From: Epiperipatus broadwayi
Taxonomy: Eukaryota; Animalia; Onychophora
NCBI GenBank assembly: GCA_028023455.1
Contig: JAQFVV010000001.1
Span: forward strand, 23,126,001 to 23,190,000
Direction of reading: 5' to 3'
Length of the DNA stretch: 64,000 nt
Shown: positions 1 to 12,311 of the stretch, piece after piece
How positions within the stretch are numbered: position 1 is the stretch's first letter
How the letters are laid out: each line of letters starts with the position of its first letter
The notes under the pieces: model-generated
Seen by the model: only the letters and a program-made list of their open reading frames with translations
What the model was told of the DNA's origin: nothing
Database searches by the model: none
Translations under genes and position numbers: made by a program

Positions 1-3000
1 GGATCATCTGATATGATCTTCAATATTTGCAGAAGGAAAATAGAACTTTACTGGTAAATAAAAACAATTTATAAATCTTTATTGATTTTTTTTAAAATAA
101 TAAACTGTTATATAAATATTTTTATACTACTATTAATTATTCATAACTTAACTTAGCTGTTTTTAAACATTGTCTAAATTAATATATCTGTTGATAAAAT
201 ATGTAAGTTGTATTTTTAACACAATATAAATCTCAATTATTGTGATGAAGTAAAAAAATTTTGCTTTGAAAATAAAATATACCATTAAGTTAATTATAAA
301 TAAAGCTACTACCAAGTTAAAACTAATGAAATAGCACTTTGTCTTGACAAAACTATGTTTTAGGAGAGCTTGACCATTTATTTTATGTATGATAAAAATT
401 AGTAATAGTCACGATATTTTTGTAAGAGTGGTGTAATGAAAATTACACTACAGAAATATTATTCATTTGTGTAATATTTCTTTCTGTCTTACATAATGTG
501 TATAATTTTACATTTTTTGTTTAAATGCAATATAAATTGCAATTGTGTGAAGTAACAATTTCATTCACTGAAAATCTTTATTGCCATAAAGTTACAACCA
601 TTTGAAACAGTGTATTTACTTTATCTGTTTCACCTAGTTATCTCTTTCAGTCCCTTCTGTTCCAGGTTTAAACCTTTTAAAAGTACCTTTTTAGACCCCT
701 ACACAGTTGTATAGTTGTGAGCGTGCACATATGTGCGAGCTTCAATTCTGTAATCTAATTATATAGAGAGAGAGATTGCAGAAATACTTATTTAAAAGTA
801 ATATATCTAATTTAAAATATAATTTAAATCAGTTTATAAGTCAAATTGTATTTAATTTGCTTAAATTGCATATATGTATGTGTATCACACATACCACTGT
901 CATACATATATAGCATCTTGTTATTCGATCATTTACTATATTTTCTAAATTTATTTTAAAATAATCTGTAGAGTAAAATCATGCAATGCACACCTGTTTT
1001 AGAATGACATGATGATGAAATCTGAAAATTAGACAATAAATGTTTGTCGAAAATATATTTCATCTTGTAAACAAGATTTAACCAAGCGTATCAATTGCTA
1101 AAATCTTGTGGGGAAAGTAAATGATCGAATCTTGAAAAACATCCTGGTCAACCAATAATACAAAAGACAGGTTTTAGTTTTGGTATTTAAAAATATAAAA
1201 CTTAGAGTGTTAATTGCTTCTCTCGCTGGAAAAAAAATTATTAATAATAATATAACTTAATGGAATGTGAGTATAAATAAGCTAAATTTTTCCACATAAG
1301 ATATACTCATTAAAATCTTTGAAGCATCAGTTAATATAATCCATACTAGTTTGAATTTTAACATATGGCTGAGTAGGGCAGGCAGGAGTTACTATTCTCC
1401 AAGCCCGGGGAATTGTGATCTCTGTCTCCATCCTATGTGCCTAAAGGTACATAGCCATTTTTAGCAATGGAAGATGTTCCTTATAACAATCTACTGCACT
1501 GATACTTCAACTGGAGAAATGCTGACTATCCGAAGAACAAGAGTTGCTTCAAACCCCACCGCCAAGAAGTGCCAATAGACAAGCTGCTAGCGAAATCTGT
1601 AGGTAAAATTCTATGATCATTATCAAGAGCTCTAAAATTAACTTTTAACTTAAAAGCTATAGCTATCATAAACTTAAATGAACAATGCAAGTTAATTTCT
1701 AAAACCTTTATCTAAAGTAAATATAGAGTCACTAATAATTACTTGCCTAATTCATTGTAAATTTTAATATGTAATCTCTGTATTATTATGTATGCTAAAA
1801 TAGTAAATTCATAACCATTTGTTAATACAAATCTATATTTTCCTTTCATGCTTGTGGTGATGCCTATAATGTTTTATTGATTTTAAGTATTAAAATTTCA
1901 TTTTCTTATACCTATGATAATATGTCAAATATACCTTGAAACAGTGAGTGTATTAATTTTAGTAATTCTGTATTGAAGATATTATTTATACCTCTTACTT
2001 AATAAATATAAAATGCCTAGTTATCATAACCTGACTCACTGTTTCAAAATTACATTAATTAAGAATATATTATTTTAATATAATATTCTGGTTTGCGATA
2101 TTATAATTATAAATTATGATTTTAAAAGTTATTTATCTGATAGTGGAAGTCTAGCCATAGGGGTATAGTGTTAAGGTATATTTTATAGTTTATAATTAGA
2201 TTTAATTCCCTCGAATATACCTTTCCCCCTTGTAGAATGTGATTCATGATGTGAATCAAATGTTTGTTAAATGAGATTATTAATTTAATAATCTAGCCCT
2301 TTTTATTATAACTCTATGATTATATGCTTAATTTATGGACTGGCTTTTGTTGGCAATGCAGATATTAGTTATCTGTTTAAGGCACCATTAATTTAAATTT
2401 TAACATATTTGTTATTTTATCTTTGTGTGTTGCGGATGAGAATTTCAATATATATGTAGTTATATCGTCTTGCTAATCTTCAGTGGGCTAACAGTGGAGG
2501 CAGTCACCATTTATTGGCAACCCACATAACAGTGGACATGAAGCCACACCCAGGGGCAAATTTTGTTTGGGTAAGAGCACCAAGTATGTTACTGGGGTAA
2601 GGACCCAAGATTATTGAGTAGCCTAACCGAGTTCCGGACTTTATATTTCTTAGTTAATTTATTTACTAGCAAGCTTCTTGGTTTAAATGTATCATTGCAC
2701 ATCTGCACCACCAGTTCATTATTGAAGTTTAATAAAGTGTCTATAGAAAATTATATGTAATGCTAGTTTAGCCTGTTCATCCTTAATATAATATATATTC
2801 ATGTTTTATCTCAAACCATGACAATATCTAGTTTGATGGATTCTGATTTGTATCATTCTCGAGTTTTGTTACTGCGCTCGAATCTTATTTAATTCATCTC
2901 AAACAGCCGCAATATTCATGTTGTATTATGTATATATGTGGTTAGCATTGTTAGTTTATCAGTTGGCAAACCATGATATAGAAATTTTATTTGGCATATT

Positions 3001-3876
3001 AAATCCCATAGGTATAATTTATTCATTATGCATGAACCTATCAAACATACTGCAATGAGATTATATGCTGTAATCCTTTGAAGCAATCTCATTCCTTTGT
3101 AAGACACATATTTGCATTAAATTGATTGTATAATTTATTTTCTAGTCTAGTATAACTTATTCTATTTTTTTATTATTATTTATAATAATCTTACTAAATA
3201 TTACCTTGTCTTCATTATCATTTTGCCTGTATTCCCATTCCAATTTTATTATCAATTAAATGTATTTGCTATGCATTATAATTAAATTTTAATATTACTG
3301 TAAGTTAGTATATTCTTAGTCCATTTAACCTGTTTATATATTGCTTCTGTGATTAGTACCCGGGTGTCATGTCTCTCCCTGTTCGGAGCCAGCTTGCGAA
3401 TTAAATTAAGATCTGTGTGTAACCTCAGAACTGTCATTCATAAGGTTGTAAACCACGGAGCACTCATAAATAGGTTGGACCTGGAATCTTCCTATCCTGT
3501 TTTGATCAGGTTCTGTGTATTTTATCTGGACTCTAGGTTGTTGTTATGTGAATGTAAAATTATATTATTATATATAATGAGTATTTTAGACTCTAATATA
3601 GTGAGTAAGACTGTTTGCCTTGACAAAATGTGTCCTATTATGGCTTAAAACTTTATTTTATGATACAATAACAATAGATAATTGTTAAAAATATATTTAA
3701 AGTCTGACACTATAGAGAATTGTATATGCACTTCATTGCTCTGTCAGATGTATATATGGTAATAGATTTTGAATACCTATTTTTATAAATTTAGTATATA
3801 ATGAAATATATAATTTTATATAATAATTTCTTTCAAATTTTATCAACAATATAAAGAATAAGGAATATATATGTAT

Positions 3877-5755
3877 TGTGCCGGACGAAAGCTTTTAATT
3901 TCGTCTATCAATCTATTCTGATACAGAGGGCGCCACAAGACCACTACGTGTCTGGAAAATTTGTTTACTGTAATCAGAATAGATGATGATGATGGTTTGC
4001 GCCGACTAGACTCAGGAGAAACAAGAGATCTTAAATTGTTTAGACAATTGAGACAAAAGCACAAAGACAAACGTCAGCCAAATTAAGTTTAAACATATTT
4101 AATAAAATTTTATTAAGAGAAAATTAACTTATAAGAAAAGTTTATAAGTTAACAAATATGATTAGCTCAGGCGTGTACCAGAAAGACTAAATGCAATGCT
4201 CTGGCAGATCTACTGATTCTCTAATAAACAAAATTAAAAGGGAGGAAGCAAATTTCATTCAGCAGAGGATTCACTCAAACATTGGTTCTCACCCTCAGAT
4301 ACTTAAACAATACGTCCTTGAAATAGATCAACGCCGATGAGCTTTTCGAGATCCAAAATTTGGTCAGACCCTGAATGTCCTTATATCGGTATGAGCTGCA
4401 CCTATTACTACGTTTAAAATAACGGTGATTGATCCACCTCAAGAACAACCGAAAAATATGATTGAAACGGAGTAAAACAATTAAAATTGGTGAATCCCAG
4501 CCAAACGATTGGCAAAAATTACTTTAAAATTAATAATTAAAGTCTCAATAAGGAACAAGTAAATAATTAGAAAAACAGTTATGTCTGCCCCAGCATTTAA
4601 AGAAAATAAACTTCCAAAAAATTCTGAGTACCCGCTCTGATAAATTTAAAGCACACATAATAAATACAAACAGAAATTTATCGGAGAGTGCACATGAGTA
4701 CGAAAATATTAAAAGTTTAAATACTTTGGCAGAACGAAAGTATTGCGCCCTGTAATTTAAAAAGGGATATATTTTATCTTCCTGCTGACAACTTATAAAA
4801 TTACAAAGAAAAACAATTCTAATTTCTGCCTTCAGAGATGTAAGAAACGAAATCCCCACCTGCGGAAAATTAGACAATAAAGTTGTCAGCCAAAAGATTT
4901 TGGAGGTTGAGCAATAGGGCAAACATAGAGTTTAAAATTAATTATTGAATATTAACATAATTACAGGTAAGCATTCAAAAGGCACGGCTGCCAAGGCATT
5001 TATAAAAATACATAAAAATAGAAAACTCACTCGTCACTCTCCAATAAACAACAATTGAAAGCAACTTGGAATCTTAAAACTAAGATTCCAAGACCCATGA
5101 CAAAATATTAGAAAACACAGCAAATATTAAATATGAGGCTATATAAATTAGGAATACACATTGATGATTAGATTGAGCGGAGATTTAATGAGAATTAATT
5201 TACCCTGGGAAGAATAAAAGCAAATAGTTACCTTTCGGTAAAACACAGTTCGCGTAGAGTGCGCACTTTTACTTAAGTTCATTTTCAGGTTCTTCGACCA
5301 CGGCAAGGTAGATGTAAAGAGGTTCCGGCTTCTTGTATGTGTTTAAGGCATTACTGGAGCAAATTTGGAAGTCAGGGATCCGTCTTTTGTTGAGTTAGCA
5401 AGCCATTCGGGTTTTAATAACACGTATAATATTTATAATCTTGTTGCAAGCGAAATGGTTTAATAACAGCTAATTTCCCTTAAGAATTTAAATGTCCGAA
5501 CTGATATAAACTTTCACTTGAGAAATAGCTTGTCTGGTTACGAATAATGAATTAACTGACACTCCAAATTTTCGGGGCTATTTATACGTTGCTCCATTTC
5601 CCGCGAAACACTTTCCTTGTTGTCCAATTTCTACACCTTAGGCAGGGCAAATATTAATCTCCCGCTCAATCTAATCTAGGAATTCTACCCAGGGATTATT
5701 GAAATGAAAACAACTACATAAAAATCAAATCTCCGCTATTAAAATAAAAGCCACA
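3877..5755 (-). mobile_element. Unclassified LTR-like retroelement remnant
   Basis: CpG-retaining block in AT-rich DNA with TGTGCC...GCCACA termini and a TATA+Inr promoter on the minus strand. It has a weak PBS-like TGGCAGCCGTG near 4985-4993 and broken + strand ORF pieces. No matching TSD was found. Confidence 0.4.
5554..5586 (-). promoter_or_regulatory. TATA box plus initiator core promoter, antisense to ST13
   Basis: Minus strand TATAAATA (5586-5579) lies 29 nt upstream of the A of TCAGTT (5559-5554), which is canonical arthropod spacing. Confidence 0.6.
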
Positions 5756-8680
5756 GGAATGTAATTAGCTAGGTTGCTTGTTTTTTAATTAATTGATTTA
5801 AAGTAAAAACAAGCGGTATATGAAAACTATTTTAAAATAAATCGATAAACATTGAAATGAAGCGTTTTACATATAAACGTTTGTGTAGTTTGATACACGT
5901 ATTCTTTTTTTAAATAATAATAAAATTTAAACATTAAACGTTTAATGAAAATTAAAAGCTTAATAAATATTTTTGGTAATAACACCATTGAAACGGATTT
6001 CAATTCGGTTCAGTATATTGTCCTTTAAAAAAGTTGTATTGTGTTGATTATAATGAGATTTTTTTGTGTGTGTATAATAGCTATTTAAAACTGACTATGG
6101 CTAAAAAGATATAATTGTAACAATTACTTTTTAAGCATTGATGTCACAATGAGAAGTAATATGTTCAAGGGATAAATATCAAAAACTTAGCAGATTGTTA
6201 ATAATGCTAATGGACATTATACAAAATAAAGTTTAATTATCTAACATTGTATGGTTTTTGCAGTTTCAAGGAAATATTCTATTTATTTTCTGGGGATCTT
6301 CAATCGTACTTTTGTCATCTTTTTTTTTTTTGTTTTGATTTTGTATAAAATTGTGATATCAGAGACATAAATTATTTTTTCATTGTCTCTTTGGTTAGCA
6401 AACTCTTAAAATAACTTTGAATTATTCCATTTCTGAAGAAATATGATTGTATTTTTAAATTGTCTATCAAATTAAATTACATATATATATATTTTTAAGT
6501 ATTTAGGTAAATAGTGATTGATTATCAGATAAATTCAGATTTTCACTGACTGCACCCCGAGTTTCTGGTGTCAGAGTTTTTAACATCCTTTTGCTTTTGA
6601 AATATCATTGCTTCTAGATATTAAAGTTTCAAAAATCACTATTTTCTTTATAAAACCTTCAAATGTATTACTTGTGAAATCAATTAAATGTGAACTTTTA
6701 CTACCTCACTTTTTATTTCCAACTTTTTAATTATTTTTATGATCTTTTCAAGAGTATAATAGGAAAATTGATATTTATGTATTAATCTGGCAATGATGAA
6801 AGTCCAGGCACAAACAAATGTGTATATGATATATAGACCAAATCAAACACATTTACAATTTTCTAAAAGGAAATGAATTAATTTTGTAAGTGAATATTAG
6901 ATAATATTCTGATGAAGAAAAAGTTATTAGTCAAAATGTTGGTTTTAATCGATTTAAAAATGTAATTATCAATAATAAAAATTTTTTTTAATCTAAAATG
7001 AAGAATCAAGTGAACATTTTTAACACTGCAATTAATTTGTACTAACAATATAATGGAATCAAAAATTGACAGGATTGTCTTTAAAAATCTATTTATTTGC
7101 TAATCTTTTTTCTTTTTGGTAGTGATTTAGTATTTTAATGCTGATGCCTCCAAAAATCACACACATACACAAAACAAACCTAGAAGTATCTAATGTTTAT
7201 TCATGTTATTCCTTGTCAAACAAAATATTTTTCATTATCAAGATCTTTTACTACATAGGATTAAAGGAAGATGGAGCAAATTAATCTCTATTGAAATCAG
7301 TTGAATTAAACTTTCTTTGCTTTAGTATAACATTTTAATGTGATATTATCATTGAATTAAATGCAAAATTGTATGTCAAAAATTATTCAAAGTAACAATT
7401 TTTTAAAATCAATTTTATAAATCATAATTTTAATGTCTCTAATAAATGTCAGTTATTTTATCATAGTATCCTCATGCAGTTTTTAATGTTTAGTTAATGA
7501 TCTGATTTTTAACTATTTTTTTAAAGTAATTATATAAGGAAGGATTTATAAATTTGTTTCTTCAATTTTGTAATTGTACATTTAATTAAGGATATATTAA
7601 AACTCTGAATCCCCCTCCCCCACCATGACGATCATGATTTAAACAAAACAATTTATATTTATGAATAAATAGAATAATTTTATCTTTTAAAAATAATAAT
7701 TTATGATATACATAAAATTATATCATTTGAGCAATAATATGCAAGCATTCACAGAGCAAAGTATGAGTTTTAAGGGATTATAGAAATAAAGAGAAATAGA
7801 AGAAGAAAGAAGTTTATTACTAATCATAAGTAGAGAAGTCGTTTTGAATATTTGAATAGTAGAGAAGAAACATAAGATAATACTGTTAGTTAACAGTACT
7901 GTCTTTTGATATTGATTAATGGTGATGATAATGAAATATTTTTTATATTAATGCACTTTTTTAAAACTACTACAATTCAATTTACAATGACATTACTCGA
8001 ATGCTCTCATTTTTGTTGATATTGTCTTTGATAAATCTGCTAAAAAAAGTTAAATCAGTACTATTTATAGTGGGATTTAATAATTGATATGCTAATTGAG
8101 TTTAAAGTTTATATCTGGGTCTAAAAAAAAACAATAATTGGTAACCTAATAAAATAATTAGTAAAAATCTTTAAAGGATTTATATTGATAATGTAATCTA
8201 AAATGGTTATGTTAAAGTAATGTCATACTTGAAAATTGAACTGTAGTAGTTTGCTATGAATAAATACTAAATGTTGACGATTAAAATATATAGGTAATGA
8301 TTTGGTCATTTAATGAAGGCTAGTTCTACAGAAATGCATCTTAAGGATCATTCGCTTTTTTCATGCCTTTATCATTTGTCTAGAGAGATAGAGTTTATAA
8401 GTTTTGTTGAATTTTGAATTCATCTCTTTAATTGTTGCTAACATTTTTACAAATATTTGTTGATATTATCTAATGTATTAAAGATATTTCTTTATCTATA
8501 AAGTTAAAAAAACTAGTTAAAGAATAAATAAATTAGAGAATAATACTATATGTAAATGATAAATATTTTGAAATTGTATTAACATTTTGAATTAATGTTA
8601 CCATTTGAAAATTCTGAATGATTTGCATTTTAAGTTTTATAAGTATTTGTTTTATAGTATTATGATTATTGTTTTAACAG

Positions 8681-8809
8681 GAAGCAGAAAAACAAAAAAG
8701 TGAATCATCGGGAGCCTTTGGTGGCAGTGGTGGTGGCAGTGGCAAAGGAGGCATGCCTGCTGGTTTAGAATCATTATTACAAGATCCAGAAATTTTGCAA
8801 GCATTTCAA
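8681..8809 (+). CDS. ST13: Hsc70-interacting protein (Hip/ST13), penultimate coding exon (Gly-rich linker and first half of STI1 domain)
   Basis: Acceptor ttgttttaacAG at 8680 and donor GTTAGT at 8810; 129 nt, phase 0. Translates to EAEKQKSESSGAFGGSGGGSGKGGMPAGLESLLQDPEILQAFQ, matching the Hip GGMP...L..DPE..A.Q pattern. Confidence 0.9.
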
Positions 8810-9099
8810 GTTAGTTATATTTACACATCGTAATATATATTTAGTTTATATATATTTTAAATTATAGCATAGATTTAAAGGAAAAAATTATTATTGCTAA
8901 TTATGTTGTATCTTCATTATATAATAAATGTGGTAACCATAAAATTATAATTTATATAAACAATATTTAAGTATTTCTTTATTACAACATTTTTTATTTT
9001 ATAATCTCGTAAAGTTTAATGTACTTGTATTTTTTTTAATCCAGAACACTAACAATGATATTATTATTAAAGTTTAATTGATGATGATGTTGCTTTTTC

Positions 9100-10080
9100 A
9101 ACTTTTGTTAATTTTTGCTATATTCTTCAAATATTTTTTAAGTATATTTTTTTCTTATGATCATCCATGGGCTTTTTTTTCTTTCTCTCTTTTTTGAAAA
9201 TTCTCCACTATTTTCTCTCATATATCTTTCGTAACTTCGTCTTTAAGGAGCACATGTAATTCTGTATCTTTTCTTAATTTTCTCAATACATATTGTTTAA
9301 TTTTTTTATCTTATCTATTTATCTCATCTTTTGCATTTTCTCCAAATCTTTATTTGGAAGACTCCGATCTTTTTTAAATCTCTACCTATTCTTCATTATT
9401 TCAGTTTTTCAATGTAACAAATAATTATCATTGCTTTAATTCATTATTGATTCAGTACAGAATAAATGTCTCACCATGTTTAATTTAGTTATTTCAATCC
9501 ATAGCCACCACACCAATGAACATTCTTATTTTATTCATACATAAAAATCCTGCTTAGTTATTGTAATTTTTATTCTGATGTCTTTTATAGAAAATCATTT
9601 TCAGTTAGTCAGCTTCATAAATATTTAAAACTGTTAATCTAATAGACAGTGTATCCTTTTATGTTGCATTTATTTAATTGTGGTTATTGTTCTATTAAAT
9701 TTATTCTCACCATCTGCAAGCCTGCCAGTACATTTAATGACTTCTTTTTTAATATTAATTCCATAGTTGTCATAAATTTATACTTTCACTCATGTTTCAT
9801 TTATGTAAATATACCATTTAATCTTAACAAAATAATTTTACAAATATCTTTTATCTTGTATCTTAAAAATGTAAATTTAAATAGTGCAATTCATTTTAAC
9901 AAATATCTTTTCAAAATCAACAAATGCTATTTTTTTTTCTTTTTAAATATGACTAATAACAGAAACTGCTACATTTGCATCTTTTGTCTTTCTATATTTT
10001 ATAAATACTGTATATCTCCATTGAAATACATGGATATCATTTGCCATCATTAACAGTCTCTGGTAAAAAAATATGGTCAT
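9100..10080 (-). mobile_element. Degraded RTE-like LINE 3' fragment
   Basis: Minus-strand remnants: LMMANDI (about LLFADD), WCGGYG (about W..LYG.ETW) and FQIKIWRK (about FEMW.WRR); many stops. Confidence 0.45.
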
Positions 10081-10662
10081 TCTAAGGTCAATAGAGAAAA
10101 AAAAGATAAATGGCAATAAATAAAAATTTTAAAGATTAATTTGTAATTTTATATACTCATTGCAAAACTCATCTTTAATAAATTAATCACAAATTCTGCC
10201 ACGTATAACATATACTGATCCTTTAACCTGATCATTTGACATTTTGCAAAACTATTTTTTACTTCTGTAACAAATTTTTCTTTCTAAAAGACTTCAATGT
10301 TTTATTTAATTATAGAAAAACAATGACCCAAGATATTTCAACTTATTTTTGTATATAATAGTTTAAAAATACTATATTATAATTGAATTGCCACAATTCT
10401 TTGATGATATTTTATGATTGCTTAATTGCATCAGAATTACTGTAATTTATCATTTGCATTAGAATAAAACCATGATAAAAAAAATATTGACAATATATCT
10501 AATGTATTTATTTATTTTCTTCAAATATATTTTATGTGCAAATGAATTTCATTAATATTTCTAATATTCTCACATTTTGCTACATTGTGCTTGTTTTAAT
10601 AAACAAAGTAATTCTTCCTTAGTGTCTTCCTGAAGGTTTGTAGTGATGGGTTTTTTAGTTGT

Positions 10663-10920
10663 ATTTATTTATTGAACTATTTTCAACATCTAATATTAAA
10701 TAGTGTCTTCAGAAAAATTTAACTTTTATTTAAATTTTCCAATTACATTCAACTGTTAGTAATAGCATACAGGTTAGTTATATGCACAGTGTTTCAAAAT
10801 ATATTCACCTCTCTTTCTCAAGTCTTACTGGCCTGACTACTGACAGTGCTAGCATGGGAATTGAATCTGGATCCTTAGATTGAGTTTTAAAGTAATGCTA
10901 TAACCAACTGAGCCACTACC
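10663..10920 (-). mobile_element. tRNA-Lys-like SINE, family S1, copy 1
   Basis: Head TGGCTCAGTTGG...AATCTAAGGATCCAGATTCAATTCCC resembles tRNA-Lys(TTT) with A and B boxes. It has a ~200-bp shared body and an (AAAT)-like tail; there are four copies in the window. Confidence 0.7.
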
Positions 10921-11165
10921 TTAAAATTCAATATTCAAGAATCTAAGATCCCATGTTTGATTTCCATGCTAATACTGTCACTGGTCAGGCCAGCAACACT
11001 TGAAGAAGAGAAGAGAATAATACCTCTGAAAATATCGTGCATATACTAACCTGTGTGCTAGTACTAACAGTGGAATGTAATTGGAAAATTTAAGTAAAAT
11101 TAATTTTTTCTAAAGACATTCAATACTTAATATTAGATGATGGAAATAGTCCAATATATAAATAT
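10919..11165 (+). mobile_element. tRNA-Lys-like SINE, family S1, copy 2 (A box missing)
   Basis: Reverse-complement match to copy 1, joined to it head-to-head. Confidence 0.7.
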
Positions 11166-12311
11166 AATTCTTCTCTTATTTTTTTTTACTATTTTTTTAA
11201 AAGTATGTAGCTTATTCTTTTATATCTTTTTATTTATTAATATAAAACCACTATAGCACAAATACATAGTAAACAAACCATGAAGCTTTTAAATTTTATG
11301 ATGAGCAATTAATCATTAGATCTTTCTAGAATGCTTTCAGTAAATTGAGAACCGTATTCATTCTCAGTAAGTACTTAACACTGGTCATAAAGCATAGTTG
11401 CCTTCCAAGCAGTCGGCAGTCAATGCTTTGACATATAAAAAAAAATACTTAACAGTGAAAGCTTACTAGCCATATCTAATTGTTTTCTATAAAATTTTAA
11501 GGTTTGTTTATTACATATATTTTTAATTAATAACAACTATTTTCTTATTTCAACAACTGCTTTAATTTTTGTGAACCTTTTTAAATCTATTTCAGTGGCA
11601 TCAGATCTGCTGATTTACGTAATTTGAAATTATAGTAATCATTTAACATTCCTTCGATATTGCATGCTTACCTTAGTTTTCATCCATCTATTATTTGCAA
11701 TAAGTATATATAATTATAATGCTAAAGTACAGTATTTTTTAATTTACAGCATTAAAGCATTCACATTATTTATTGCTTTCATTTCTTTTGTTTAACTTTT
11801 TTTATAGACGTTTGCTAATTAAAAAAAAAAATGCTTCTGGTAGTTTTTAAGTGTTTAATTTTTTATCCCTTTAAACCCATCATTAATAAAAATGGGGAGG
11901 GGGGTGCTAAATTAAGATGAAACGCACACATACAATAAAAATAAAATTTCTTAACAGAACTTTTTAATTGTAGGCAGTGCTACAATGAATTTAATTTTTT
12001 CTCTAAATAACTGATTTTTACAAATATATTAAGAGTAATAAAATTAATATTTCTGTTTGTAATATTAAGAAATAATTGGAGATATTTTGTGCGGTTTAGT
12101 GCAATAGTAGAGTGTAGAGCTCTAGAATATAGTCATCTCCTATTGATTACAGTTCTAGCAGTTGAACGATCAAACTTTTTAAAAACTCTTCAATTATTAT
12201 TATTTTTTATTGGAGATTTATATAAGTAATTAAGCCAAAGTGATAAAAGGATATCTATACTATCAGGTAGCTAAAAATTAAAGTTAGGAAATTAAAAGAA
12301 ATAATTATTAG

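Noticed and set aside
1360-1620. Upstream ST13 exon (GC-richer block ending in AG|GTAAAA)
   Set aside because: No frame resembles the Hip TPR/charged region and there is no good acceptor; it is probably unidentified TE debris.
6792-6912. C/D box snoRNA (ATGATGA...CTGA)
   Set aside because: No terminal stem or recognisable guide; such boxes are expected by chance in AT-rich DNA.
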